A stretch of DNA of 64,000 bases from Octopus bimaculoides (GCF_001194135.2 NC_069000.1:35754261-35818260), one strand, 5' to 3'; positions 37,515 to 46,843 are shown, numbered from the stretch's first letter. The notes: generated from the letters alone by a model not told the origin. Program-made: numbers and translations.

Positions 37515-39282
37515 AAGTACTAGGCTTACAAAGAATAAGTCCTGCGGTTGATTTGCTCAACTAAAGGCGGTGCTCCAGCATGGCCACAGTCAAATGACTG
37601 AAACAAGTAAAAGAGTAAACAATCAATTAGTTAGTTGGATATTTAACCAATTGACTGATGATAAAAGGAGTGGAATTGAACCAGTGCATGTGGCAATAAT
37701 ATTAGCATAATGACTTTCCCTTGACACAACATTTTCTTTCGACCCATGAATTCACATAAAGAATTTTGCAAACCAGAGACAAAAACACCCAAGTTTCCTC
37801 TCCTAAAATGATCACACCCTTCAGTCTATATTTGATCACTCCCTTCAATCAAAATCTGATCACTCCCTTCAATCAAAATCTGATCACTCCCTTCAGTCTG
37901 TGTTTGATCACTCCCTTCAGTTTATATTTAATCACTTCCTTCAGTCTATATTCGAACACTCTATTCAGTCTATATGTGATTACTCCCTTCAGTCTATATT
38001 TAATCAGTCCCTGAAGGGAGTGATCAAATATAGACCGAAGGGATCACTGAGACTAGTATAAGTTTGTCACTCCCTTCAATCAATATTTGATCACTCCCTT
38101 CAGTCAATATTTGATCACTCCCTTCAGCCTGTGTTTGATCAGTCCTTTCAATATAAATTTGATCACTGACTTCAAGACGTGTCTCACATCAACATATTTT
38201 CTTTTGCAGGTTGCACAAAAGAGTTTAACAGACCAGATAAGCTGAAAGCCCACATCATTACTCACAGTGGAGTGAAACCATTTAAATGCAAGGAATGTGG
38301 AAAAGGGTTCAGTCGTCGTCCTCACTTGGTGGAACACGAAAGGGGACACAAAGCAGATTACAGATTCCAGTGCCAGAAATGTGGTCGTGGGTTTTTCAGG
38401 CCCAAACTTTTCCACGACCACAAATGCCATCCGGTGAAGTTGGGAGCAGATCCACAAATATTCCGGCCACGTAACCGACGGAAACTGGGTCGACCTCGCA
38501 AACGCATGATCACTGTAACTTCCGAGTCGTTGAACAAGGAAAACAGTGGGAAAGGAGTGGCTCCGAAGAGACGTGGACGTCCTCGGAGCAACGCAACATC
38601 AGGGGTGACCACTCGGCCAACTGAAAACAGCATAGTACAGCAGGTTGCATTCAATCACACTACAAATAATAACAACAACAACAACAATAACAACAACAAC
38701 ACACTGCCGAATTCAGAACCCGTTGTGTTAGACACGTCGTCTGCCATGAATGGGATTTCTGACAAGGCTGGTGCATTGGACATACAAACTAATCCTACAG
38801 TTACAGCCACTGCTCTTTCTGGAGCTCAAGTATTAGCTCAGGCAGCTACTGTTCATCAACCATCTTCTGACAACTCTCTCCAGCAGCTCATTCCAACAGC
38901 TACCTCAATAGACAGTTCAGGTAACATAAATGTCAACGTAAATGGTAACGAACTGTCAGCCAAAGCTACAGATGCAGTGATTGACCATTACGTAGTGCAC
39001 TTCACAGAATCCACAGACTCGCACGGCACCACCATCCATGCTCAACTTATCCCAGCGTACCCATCAGCAGCTTCTGTGATGCCGGCTAACACATCGGCAT
39101 TGCAGCCCATCACCATTATTGAAGCACAGCCGGTAACTGTGGCATTACCTGCAGTGGCCGACACTCCTGCCATACAAGCTGCAACTCTGCCAACAGATGC
39201 TCAACAAACATTCACCCATTCTGCTACCTTAGCAGAGTTTGGTACCGAAAGTCTGCTTAAAGACACAGATGCTGTCATGTGA
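12706..39282 (+). CDS. ZNF341: Zinc finger protein 341 orthologue; spliced CDS of 13 coding exons, 3249 nt, 1082 aa
   Basis: N-terminus [28 protein letters not shown]...[15 protein letters not shown] matches the ZNF341 N-terminus as I recall it ([24 protein letters not shown]...DEDVFLCGKCKKQF). Finger order, HKVWP and the [19 protein letters not shown] finger are also ZNF341-typical. All 12 introns are GT-AG with compatible phases, and exon lengths sum to a multiple of 3. Confidence 0.93.
15245..15625 (+). mobile_element. 3' end of RTE-type LINE ORF2 (decayed)
   Basis: HAGWC...LLW...[37 protein letters not shown] resembles the RTE/RTE-X C-terminus; A-rich tail follows. Confidence 0.65.
15650..16027. 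repeat. 378-bp near-perfect palindrome (arms 182/183 bp, 13-nt loop)
   Basis: aagtatatttgccacttaaatgcgg...acccgagtttc [tgggtcagcgtac] gaaacccgggt...cgcatttaagtggtaaatatactt; about a dozen mismatches plus one indel. Confidence 0.95.
16985..17142. repeat. (GATA)n microsatellite
   Basis: Direct reading. Confidence 0.95.
17528..17916 (-). mobile_element. Full-length tRNA-derived SINE with (CAA)n tail
   Basis: Minus-strand head GGGAGGCGCAATGGCCCAGTGGTTAGG...GGTTTCGATTCCC; 10-bp TSD gtatgcatat. Confidence 0.88.
18681..18773 (+). CDS. ZNF341: ZNF341 coding exon 2 ([31 protein letters not shown])
   Basis: ttttccag acceptor, gtgggt donor, 93 nt, phase 1-1; [11 protein letters not shown] motif. Confidence 0.9.
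21090..21307 (+). CDS. ZNF341: ZNF341 coding exon 3 with N-terminal C2HC-type finger
   Basis: cccaacag acceptor; [29 protein letters not shown]; CAG/gtgaga donor; 218 nt. Confidence 0.93.
22134..22187 (+). CDS. ZNF341: ZNF341 coding exon 4, 54-nt symmetric mini-exon ([18 protein letters not shown])
   Basis: Long pyrimidine tract plus cag acceptor, CAG/gtgagt donor, open frame, phase 0-0. Confidence 0.75.
22554..22673 (+). CDS. ZNF341: ZNF341 coding exon 5 ([40 protein letters not shown])
   Basis: ttttcag acceptor, ATG/gtaagc donor, 120 nt; resembles the ZNF341 TYITVPPSPL...NILVSDDVLMS segment as recalled. Confidence 0.88.
22713..22932. mobile_element. piggyBac-type MITE
   Basis: tcaa/ccctttag ... 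ctaaagag/ttaa termini; related sequence in opposite orientation at about 14918-15150. Confidence 0.7.
25267..25786 (+). CDS. ZNF341: ZNF341 coding exon 6, low-complexity Q/T/N-rich with two polyQ tracts
   Basis: ctcag acceptor in frame with ORF 25306-25809; G/gtaaaa donor (phase 1) matches exon 7; 520 nt. Confidence 0.85.
25862..26495 (+). mobile_element. Three head-to-tail copies of family C tRNA-SINE (gagctggcagaatcgttagc...ttctgagttcaaat...ggccttgtgcctatagtagaaagg(att)n)
   Basis: Three consecutive heads and tails. Other copies at about 3236-3440(-), 18440-18620(-), 21708-21935(+), 30530-30745(+), 34085-34375(-), 36305-36530(-), 47270-47430(-), 52520-52710(-), 59415-59930(-). Confidence 0.82.
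27145..27461 (+). CDS. ZNF341: ZNF341 coding exon 7 with two C2H2 fingers and TGEKPF linker
   Basis: [50 protein letters not shown]; ttcag acceptor, AAG/gtttgc donor. Confidence 0.95.
29543..29677 (+). CDS. ZNF341: ZNF341 coding exon 8 (VWPSGMG...TCEE)
   Basis: ccag acceptor, GAG/gtaaat donor, 135 nt; continues HK-VWP. Confidence 0.9.
29780..30370 (-). mobile_element. Family A SINE, full length
   Basis: Reverse complement of 4551-5196. Confidence 0.85.
31172..31745 (-). repeat. Unclassified interspersed repeat with (TAA)n tail
   Basis: GC-richer ~570-bp block abutting a long (TTA)n run; no ORF. Confidence 0.4.
31987..32288 (+). mobile_element. tRNA-derived SINE (gtgtccttgagcaag core) sharing its 3' tail with the 17528-17916 element
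   Basis: A/B-box head, ctgtgtccttgagcaaggcact core, tail ...ggctgttccgttgatcagatcaactgg. Confidence 0.78.
32399..32524 (+). CDS. ZNF341: ZNF341 coding exon 9 with one C2H2 finger ([42 protein letters not shown])
   Basis: Pyrimidine tract plus cag acceptor, CAG/gtaata donor, 126 nt. Confidence 0.93.
32729..33130 (-). mobile_element. Family A SINE, full length, ungapped
   Basis: Reverse complement of family A with a short internal microsatellite. Confidence 0.85.
33817..34016 (+). CDS. ZNF341: ZNF341 coding exon 10 with two fingers
   Basis: [26 protein letters not shown]...[23 protein letters not shown]; ttag acceptor, AG/gtaagt donor, 200 nt. Confidence 0.95.
34822..34867 (-). ncRNA. Putative minimal type I hammerhead ribozyme (inside tRNA-headed SINE)
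   Basis: Minus strand: GACAC-CUGAUGA-A-GGCUG-gagggtatat-CAGCU-GAAA-C-GUU-GUGUU. Stem I GACAC/GUGUU, stem II GGCUG/CAGCU, palindromic AACGUU stem III. Confidence 0.6.
35013..35299 (+). mobile_element. tRNA-headed SINE with (TAA)n spacer and hammerhead-like tail
   Basis: 73-nt tRNA-like head at 35013-35085 (A box TGGCATAGTGG, B box AGTTCGATTCT, anticodon loop CTACTAA). A 5'-truncated inverted copy lies at 34772-34966. Confidence 0.75.
35172..35217 (+). ncRNA. Putative minimal hammerhead ribozyme, slightly decayed sense copy
   Basis: GACAC-CUGAUGA-A-GGCUG-gagggtatac-CGGCU-GAAA-U-GUU-AUGUU; two transitions relative to the minus-strand copy. Confidence 0.5.
35326..35486 (+). CDS. ZNF341: ZNF341 coding exon 11 with two fingers
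   Basis: [50 protein letters not shown]; tgcag acceptor, G/gtaaaa donor, 161 nt. Confidence 0.95.
35664..35982 (-). mobile_element. Full-length tRNA-derived SINE with poly(A) tail, nested in another repeat
   Basis: Same head and core as 17528-17916 but a different 3' half; 14-bp TSD cctggattcactgt at 35650-35663 and 35983-35996. Confidence 0.88.
36770..36970 (+). CDS. ZNF341: ZNF341 coding exon 12 with two fingers and the first half of a third
   Basis: [53 protein letters not shown]...CPFKSFT; G/gtgaga donor, 201 nt. Confidence 0.95.
36991..37730. mobile_element. Foldback element with ~185-bp arms; right arm interrupted by a family A SINE
   Basis: gttgtgtctagg...ttgctatttgcaac / gttgcaaatagcaac...ccttgacacaac; atttt on both flanks. 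Confidence 0.85.
37286..37617 (+). mobile_element. Family A SINE with internal deletion, inserted into a foldback element
   Basis: Head plus (AT)n joined directly to the gaataagtactagg tail; taaacaa on both sides. Confidence 0.8.
37809..38170. repeat. 24-bp minisatellite (tgatcactcccttcagtctatatt) with a central inverted unit
   Basis: About 9 forward units, inverted ctgaagggagtgatcaaatatagaccgaaggga at about 38011-38045, then about 4 forward units. Confidence 0.9.
38210..39282 (+). CDS. ZNF341: ZNF341 terminal coding exon 13: last fingers, AT-hook-like motifs, polyN, C-terminal tail
   Basis: tgcag acceptor; [19 protein letters not shown]...[21 protein letters not shown]...[19 protein letters not shown]; TGA at 39280-39282. 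Confidence 0.95.
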
Positions 39283-39805
39283 TACTTGGCAACCTATTGG
39301 AAACCAAAGCCTCAGGATTTTATTTTCTGCTATGTCCCCTGTATCTCTCTCACTCTGTTTTGTTCTTGTTATCTACTCAGATCAAAAGAAAAACGTTTCA
39401 TATCATACTGCCATGTTTTCTTAATAACAAATGAATAGTTAAGAAACTTTCTACACCATGTTAATGTATCTATGCTTTTTATGTGAAATACATTCAGAGT
39501 ACACTTGAGATATATATATATATATAAGGGCATCCAGCTGTTGAAACTCTGTCAAATCAGATTGGAGCCTGGTGTAGCCATCTGGTTTCACCAGTCCTCA
39601 GTCAAATCGTCCAACCCATGCTAGCATGGAAAGCGGACGTTAAACAATGATGATGATGATGATATGTATATATATATGTGTGTATATAGAGTTCCTGTTC
39701 CTTGGTTGCCAAACAAAGGACACTACTGATCCTCAACTGTTTTGCTCCAACAATTAAGAAATGTTTCTGGGGCTCTTGTTAGAAGTGTAAATGCATTCTT
39801 TAAAC

Positions 39806-40117
39806 CAGTGGTTCCCAAAGCGGGTGGCATTGCCCTCTGAGGGCAGTGGAAACTTCCATGGGGGGGGGGCGTTGAAGAAAATTGGGGCAATGATGGGGGT
39901 AGCGATTCATGTAAAAAATTGGGGTGATAATAGGGTGGCGATTCATGTAAAAACAACAAAATAATGGGTTCATCATGTTTTATTTGAGAAATACAGTTGC
40001 TTTGAAGTTGCTTCAGAAAGAGGTCTATGTTTGTGATGGTTAATTTGGGCAGGGGACGCTAGGAATGTTGCCTCGGTGTCAAAGCGGCAGCAGCCTGAAA
40101 AAATTTGGGAACCACTG
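39806..40117. mobile_element. hAT (Charlie-type) MITE, same family as 7764-8039
   Basis: Perfect 14-bp TIRs cagtggttcccaaa / tttgggaaccactg; TSD ctttaaac / ctttaaat. Confidence 0.88.
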
Positions 40118-40509
40118 CTTTAAATGGATATTGGATATGTTGTTAACTATTTGAAACTTCCTGTGTTATAATAATGTTGTTTGGCCTGTTTAGGGAAATC
40201 TGCAGATGATTAGGAATAGTCAAATAAGGTAGGGGGGAAGGCGGAATTAAAAAGGGTGACGGGGGGAGGAACTAATCCCTTTGTATATTTATTTCACTGT
40301 TCTCCCCCTCCTCCTCCTTTCTCTCTTTACATATCTACACTCCACAACAGTGGAAATATTACCATTTGTGAATCCTGGATTTCCAGATACCTAGTCATAT
40401 TAGATTACATAGTAATTTAATTACTGTGTGACCTGATAGCTCGTTACTCAGCTGGAGTGCTTACCATGAGTTTTACCGGATTCTCTGAATCTAACTTTCT
40501 ATAATTTAT

Positions 40510-40605
40510 GAAGTTGATCCTGAAGGTCAACGTACCTTGGCTGTTATAACTAAACTTGACCTCATGGATGCTCGTACTGATGCTATGGAAGTACTCTGTG
40601 GACAT
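40510..40605 (+). pseudogene. DNM1L-like: Short dynamin-related protein (DRP1/DNM1L-like) GTPase fragment
   Basis: [32 protein letters not shown] matches the dynamin G4 region ([29 protein letters not shown]). No splice sites at its edges; conserved G changed to R. Confidence 0.85.
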
Positions 40606-40939
40606 ATATTTATATACATACATTACACTCTTGGAGTGAATGGCATTAGGAAGGGCATCCAGCTGTAGAAACCATGCCAACTCAGATTGGAACCTGGTGC
40701 AGCTCTCCAGCTTACCAGTTCCAGACAAACCGTCTAACCATAGCCAGCATGGAAGCGCTCCCCAATTTCTTTGTTGTGTACAGCTTAGGTCATAGGTGGG
40801 ACATGTAAATGTTTGATTTGAAGGGAGTCAGCTGCTACTCTGCATGCAAGATTCTTTTCTTGCTTCTCCTGGTAGCATATCATAACTAGAGGAGGTAGAC
40901 TCGGTTGTATTCTGGCTCATCTTGTTCCAATATAATTAA

Positions 40940-41103
40940 ACCTTGGGAGAAGCATTATGCCGGTAATAAATACACGCACTGGTTCAGTCCTTTATTAATT
41001 TATAAACCGTATTTAAAAACTAAAAACTAAATACTGTTTATAAATAAATAAAGGACTGAACCAGTGCGTGTGTTTATTACCGGCATAATGCCTCTCCCAA
41101 GGT
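40940..41103. mobile_element. TTAA-flanked hairpin MITE (arms ~76 bp, 12-nt loop)
   Basis: ttaa/accttgggagaagcattatgccgg ... ccggcataatgcctctcccaaggt/ttaa. Confidence 0.88.
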
Positions 41104-41731
41104 TTAATTGTATTTCTTTCAACACACGTATCCACATCAAGAATCTTGCACACGAAATACACATACGAAATATGATTGTTCCAATATATTTTTCATTCAT
41201 GTTATCACTCTGCTATACAGAAGGATGCAAAGGGAAGTGGGAGTCAATAGGGAACCTTTCCAACTCATTATCTTCAATCCTCTTCAGTATTGTGAACGGC
41301 AGGTAGCAATATCTCCTGTAGCTGCTCTTTCATTTTCCTCATTGCTTCACACTACCTGGCATTTCCTTGGTGCAACTAAATGTAGGGCATCCTGTGAGGG
41401 AGAGATTAGTCACACATAGGTACTTCATGTCCATGCCATCTCAGCTGGTGCCTGTATCATTTGGATTCATTGCTGCTTCTGCTGAATTTCTGTAGGCTTA
41501 TCATATCTTGTTCAGTAAACTGGAGCAACGTGAAGTAAAATACCTTGCTCCAGTCCACTCAGCTGACAAGAATTAGTTATACCTGTATTTCAAAGGGCTG
41601 GCTTCGTCACAATCTGTATCATGCTGAATCTCCCTTAGAACTACTTTAAGGGTATACATGCCTATGGAGTACTCAGCCACTAGCAGATTAATTTCACAAG
41701 CAGGATGTTGACTTAGTTGTATGCAGAAATA

Positions 41732-41923
41732 CGAGGGGCTGCTGAAAAGTTCTGGGTGTTGGGTAAAAAAAAAAAATGATTTTATTCAACATATTCCCCT
41801 CTGATTCACACATTTATTGCAGTGGCCCTTTTTTTAAGCCCTGTGAAAGAACTTGGCAGGTTGGGCCTCCAACCAGGCCTTTCGTAATACCCTTAAAGCC
41901 AGGAACTTTTCAGCACCCCCTCA
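41732..41923. mobile_element. Tc1/mariner-type MITE
   Basis: TA/cgaggggctgctgaaaagttc ... gaacttttcagcaccccctca/TA. Confidence 0.82.
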
Positions 41924-44836
41924 TATATTTCAAGCTTTCATGTGTTGTGAGTCCATAGATCAGCTTTGAAAAGTTCTTTTCCCAATACCTGGTCAGCAGG
42001 GTGGGTTTGTGTTTTTAACGGAAAACAAACAGTTGCTTGTACATACAAGTCCCCGCTCTTTCCATGACACTGACCTTGTTCAACAAAAAATTAAAGTAAA
42101 TAGCTTGGCACTGGTGTTGTCACAGGGGTTGATGTCAGAATGTAAAGTGTTAACACAGATACAGCAAGTTATCTCGTCTTAAGCTCCAACAGCTCTGCCT
42201 ACCTCCACTTATCCTGGACTAGACACGACATCTCTCTCTCTCTCTCTCTCTCTCTCACATACATTCGCACATTTTCACTCCATCTCCCTCTCTCCTTTAC
42301 TTAGTCACATCCTCCTCTCTCATTCACACACTATACTCTCCTTTTCCATTCACACACTCTTTCTTCCTTAGTTACAAACTACTCTCTGTTAGTCACTACC
42401 CTATCTGTCTCTTACATTCGAAACCCCCTCTCTCATTCTCCGTGGAAATACATGTGTGATTGCGAATATGCTTATATGTGCATGCATGCATGTGTGTATG
42501 TGTGTGTGTGTGATTGGCTTTGTATCACTGTTCTACTCAGTATTCTTCTATCAAGGGATAGAAAAGAACTCATTATTCCTACACTCTCTGAGTGGTTGGC
42601 GTTAGGAAGGGCATCCAGCTGTAGAAACTCTGCCAAATTAGACTGGAGCCTTGTGTAGCCATCCGGTTTCACCAGTCCTCAGTCAAATCGTCCAACCCAT
42701 GCTAGCATGGAAGGCGGACGTTAAACGATGATGATGATGATGATGATTCCTGCTTGTTAAAATATGAACGAAACTGGTTTGTCTTCTAAAGCTACGGAAC
42801 ATTGTTATTTAAAACAGAATTCCAACAGATCTTTTCACCAACATTTCTTGTATTTACCATCAGAATATTTATTAAAATATTTAAAATTCAATGAGAAAAA
42901 AATTCAAAAAAAAATAATAATAAATAAATAAATAAATAAAACTGAACAACCGTAATTGTTTTTAACTTAGGAACTCAGAGAGAAGTTTGTGAGGAGTAGT
43001 TGGTTGGTTGGTTGGTTGGTTGGTCAATTAAAACAACCCCAGTACTTAGGCACAAAGAAGGTGCATAGCCTAGTGGTTAGGGTATTGTAGTCGTGATCAC
43101 AAGATCATGGTTTCAATTCCTGGACCGGAATGTGCATTATGATCTTGAGCAAAACAGCCATGAGTGTGTGGTAAGGGGCTTGCTTCCCAACCACATGGCT
43201 CCAGGTTCATTCCAAGATACCACTGCATGGTATCTTGAGCAAGTGTCTTCTACTATTGCCCCAAGCTGACCAAAGCCTTGTGCGTGGATTTGGTAAACGG
43301 AAACTGAAAGAAGCCCATTGTATTGTGTGTGTGTGTTATACACTCTCTCTTTCCTTTCCTGAGCGTCCAATAATACTATCCATATCACGTCCTCACTTTG
43401 TTGTTTTTTTGTTTTTTTGTTATTGTTTTTTTGAACTATATATNNNNNNNNNNNNNNNNNNNATATATAGGCGTAAGAGTGGCTGTGTGGTAAGTAGCTT
43501 GCTTACCAACCACATGGTCCCGGGTTCATTCCCACTGCGTGGCACCTTGGGCAAGTGTCTTCTACTATAGCCTCAGGCTGACCAAAGCCTTGTAAGTGGT
43601 TTTGGTAGACGGAAATGACTTTTTCAAATGGAACATATTGATGGCACCTGTACCAGTGGAGCACTAAGAGCACCGTCCAAGCGTGATCGTTGCCAGAGCA
43701 GCTGTCTGGCTTCTGTGCCAGTGGTACATAAATAGCACCATCTGAGCGTGATCGTTACCAGTGTCACCTTCCTGGTACTTGTGCTGGCGGCACATGAAAA
43801 GACATTCGAGCCAGGTCATTGCCAGTGCCGCTGGACTGGCTCCTGTGCGTGCGGCACGTAAAATACACCATTTTGAGCGTAGCCGTTGCCAGTACCGCCT
43901 GACTGGCCTTCGTGCCGGTAGCACGTAAAAGCATCCACTACACTCTTGGAGTGGTTGGCGTTAGGAAGGGCATCCNNNNNNNNNNGGCCTTCGTGCCGGT
44001 AGCACGTAAAAGCATCCACTACACTCTTGGAGTGGTTGGCGTTAGGAAGGGCATCCAGCCGTAGAAACTCTGCCAAATCAGATTGGAGCCTGGTGTAGCC
44101 ATCTGATTCTCTAGTCCTCAGTAAAATCGTCCAACCCATGCTAGCATGGAAAGCAGACGTTAAACGATGATGATGATGAAGTTGAAAACTTCATGCCAGT
44201 TCCAAGAAAGGAATGTAACTGAAATGGTGACTTTCATGTTTATTCGTTATATGCTTTGGTTGATTCGAATGCAAAGATGCTAAACATTGTGGTTGCCACA
44301 GGAGAACAGTTTCTTTGTGATGTTTATGTGTTTATAACACATTTGATTCATTAGTACCAGGAATTTTTGGACACCAGTGTTTCAACATGCGAATCAATGA
44401 TTCATTGATCTGGGTATTTCCAGCTGACAAGACACATGTCCAAACATCAATGTCCTAGAATCACTTGTACTAATGAACTGAGTGTGTTATGAGTGCATAG
44501 TCGTCGTCAGGGATAAGTTGTCCTCCTGTGATGCGAACAACAACAATTAGCATATTTGTTTGAATCTGTTTGGAGCATATTAAAATCAAACATTCAAGTC
44601 ATCGCTTCAAATCTCACTGGTTGCTATGCATATAACAATATTCTTTTTTTTTATAATTTTTTACTTGTTTCGGTCATTTGACTGCGGCCATGCAGGAGCA
44701 CCACCTTTAGTCAAACAAACTGAACCCAGGACTTATTCTTTGTAAGCCTAGTACTTATTCTGTCGGTCTCTTTTACCAAACTGCTAACTTACAGGGATGT
44801 AAACACACCAACATCGGGTGGTGGGAGGACACAGAT

Positions 44837-44867
<31 letters not shown>

Positions 44868-44870
44868 AAC

Positions 44871-44932
<62 letters not shown>

Positions 44933-44933
44933 A

Positions 44934-45814
44934 CGAGGTCTGATCAATAAGTATCCGGACTGTTGCCATAGTAATGAAGCTAAAGCATGCTGAGTGAAGC
45001 TGCTTGGCACAGATTGACCTTGAACTATGTTGTGCATATGCAGTAAGTTTTAACATTCTAGCTCACTTCTGCTGTTTACAGCAATGCTTAGAAGGAAGGT
45101 GTGTAGCATGTGATTGTTGCATTGACCATGAGAGAGAAAGTTGTCATGGCAATATCTGCTCAGAGGCCTACGCAAAGTTACAGAAAATGTATGGAGTGGC
45201 AATGTATAGAGCTGCACACAAGTGTACAGGTGGTTCAGATTTTCTAAGATGGCTGAAAAAATGTCGATATTAATAAACATTCTCGGAGATTCGCAACCAG
45301 CAGAATTGAAAAAAACATTACAGATGTGAGGGGAAATCATCAAATCACTATCCGTGTGTTATCAGAGGATGGGAAGATTATTCATGGTTCAGTTCAGTCC
45401 ATTATCACAGAAGATTTGGGTATGAGACGCATGTCTGGCAAGTTTTTGCCAAAACTGCTTTCAGCTTACCAAAAAGACAGTCGGGTTTCAAGTGCACAAG
45501 ATCTTGATTGTGTCAAGAATGATGAAAACTTTTTGAAAATTTTGTGTAGGCCTCTGAGTAGATACTGCCAAGCTTTTGGCAAAATTTGATGCAGATTCTC
45601 TGCTCAGCTTTTTCAGTCACTATCAATGGGATGATCACACACTACACACCTTCCTTCCAAGCACTGTTGTAAACAGCGGAAGTGAGCCAGAATGTTGAAA
45701 TTTAGTGCACATGCACAGCAGAGTTCAAAGTCAATTTGTGCCAAATGGCTTTACTCTCCATGCTTTAGTTTCGTTACTATAGCAACAGTCCGGATACCTA
45801 TTGATCAGACCACG
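44934..45814. mobile_element. Mariner-derived foldback element with a partial transposase remnant
   Basis: TA/cgaggtctgatcaataagtatccggac ... gtccggatacctattgatcagaccacg. Internal ITIRVLSE...GSVQSIITEDLGMRRMSGKFLPKLLS; the right arm encodes EQRICIKFCQKLG on the minus strand. Confidence 0.85.
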
Positions 45815-46436
45815 TGTATACGACGGGCTTCTTTAAGTTTCTGTCTCCCAAATCCACTTACAAGGCTTTGGTCGAAAGACACTTGTCCAAGGTGCTACAC
45901 AGTGGGACTGAACCCAGAACCATGTGGTTTGGAAGCAAGCTCCTTAGGACAGCCACACCTGCACCTGTATATTAAGGTAAATGAAATAACCATTTCAAAT
46001 GTTGACACATAGCCTATAGTTTTTGAAGGGAGGAGGAAGACAATTACAGTTTAATGAGTTTATAGCCCACTAATTTAATGTAAGATTCGGTCATCAGTTT
46101 AGTGATTGTATTGCCAGTACGGTGAGTTCACTATCTTCATAGCTTGTTGCTATAATACAATAGAGCGTCCACAGTCTGGTTGACAAGCATAGTGGGTATG
46201 AGAATACCACTACCTTAACATTGTCTGTTGGTTATTGGTTTAACAAAAGTTCTTCTCATGTCAGGTTGACTCCATAGTTGTCGGCGATGGAAGTGGCAGA
46301 CAGACGTCGCCAACTGTGTTCATGTGTTCGATAGCTGTGCGGTGATAAACAACAACTTGACTTTTAAGATTATGAAGTTTATTGTAGCAGTGGGTTTTGT
46401 ACAATGTTATATGCCTTGTATAAGATTTGTGGGTCC

Positions 46437-46843
46437 AGATGGACTACATGTAATCTGAACCTTTCCCCCCTTGTTTTATTTTTTTTTTTACGGAATCCCA
46501 CGTTTTAGGCTATGGAGATTCCGATTCTGAAAAAAAATTTTCAAAACTCTCAATTTCAAAATTTCGATCCCCACCCCCGGTTTTTATATAGATCCACAGG
46601 GTAAACCTAACCCTAACTCAAACCCTAACCCTAACCCTAACCCTGACCCTAACCCTGACCCTAACACTAGTTTTGTGAGATTTGGCTGTTATTTCTAGCA
46701 TGCTTGGTGGTGGTGGGGAATTGAAATTTTTCAAAAATTTTTTTTTCAGAATCGGAATCTCCATAGCCTAAAACGTGGGATTCCGTAAAAAAAAAAATTA
46801 ATAAATAAGGGGGGGAAAGGTTCAGATTACATATAGTCCGTCT
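46437..46843. mobile_element. Foldback MITE (~125-bp TIRs) with internal (CCCTAA)n
   Basis: agatggactacatgtaatctgaacc... / ...ggttcagattacatatagtccgtct; about 10 CCCTAA/CCCTGA units at about 46616-46675. Confidence 0.88.

Noticed and set aside
37809-38170. CRISPR-like appearance of regular 24-bp units (also 19314-19385 and 63849-63981)
   Set aside because: The units are contiguous with no unique spacers, there are no cas genes, and the context is eukaryotic.
41221-41302. Plus-strand exon-like segment (tatacag/AAGGATG...GGCAG/gtagca)
   Set aside because: It lies downstream of the ZNF341 stop, no frame is recognisable, and there are no partner exons.
43905-44056. Exact 71-bp direct repeat on either side of a 10-N gap
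   Set aside because: This is typical of an unmerged contig overlap (assembly artefact) within a family B SINE.
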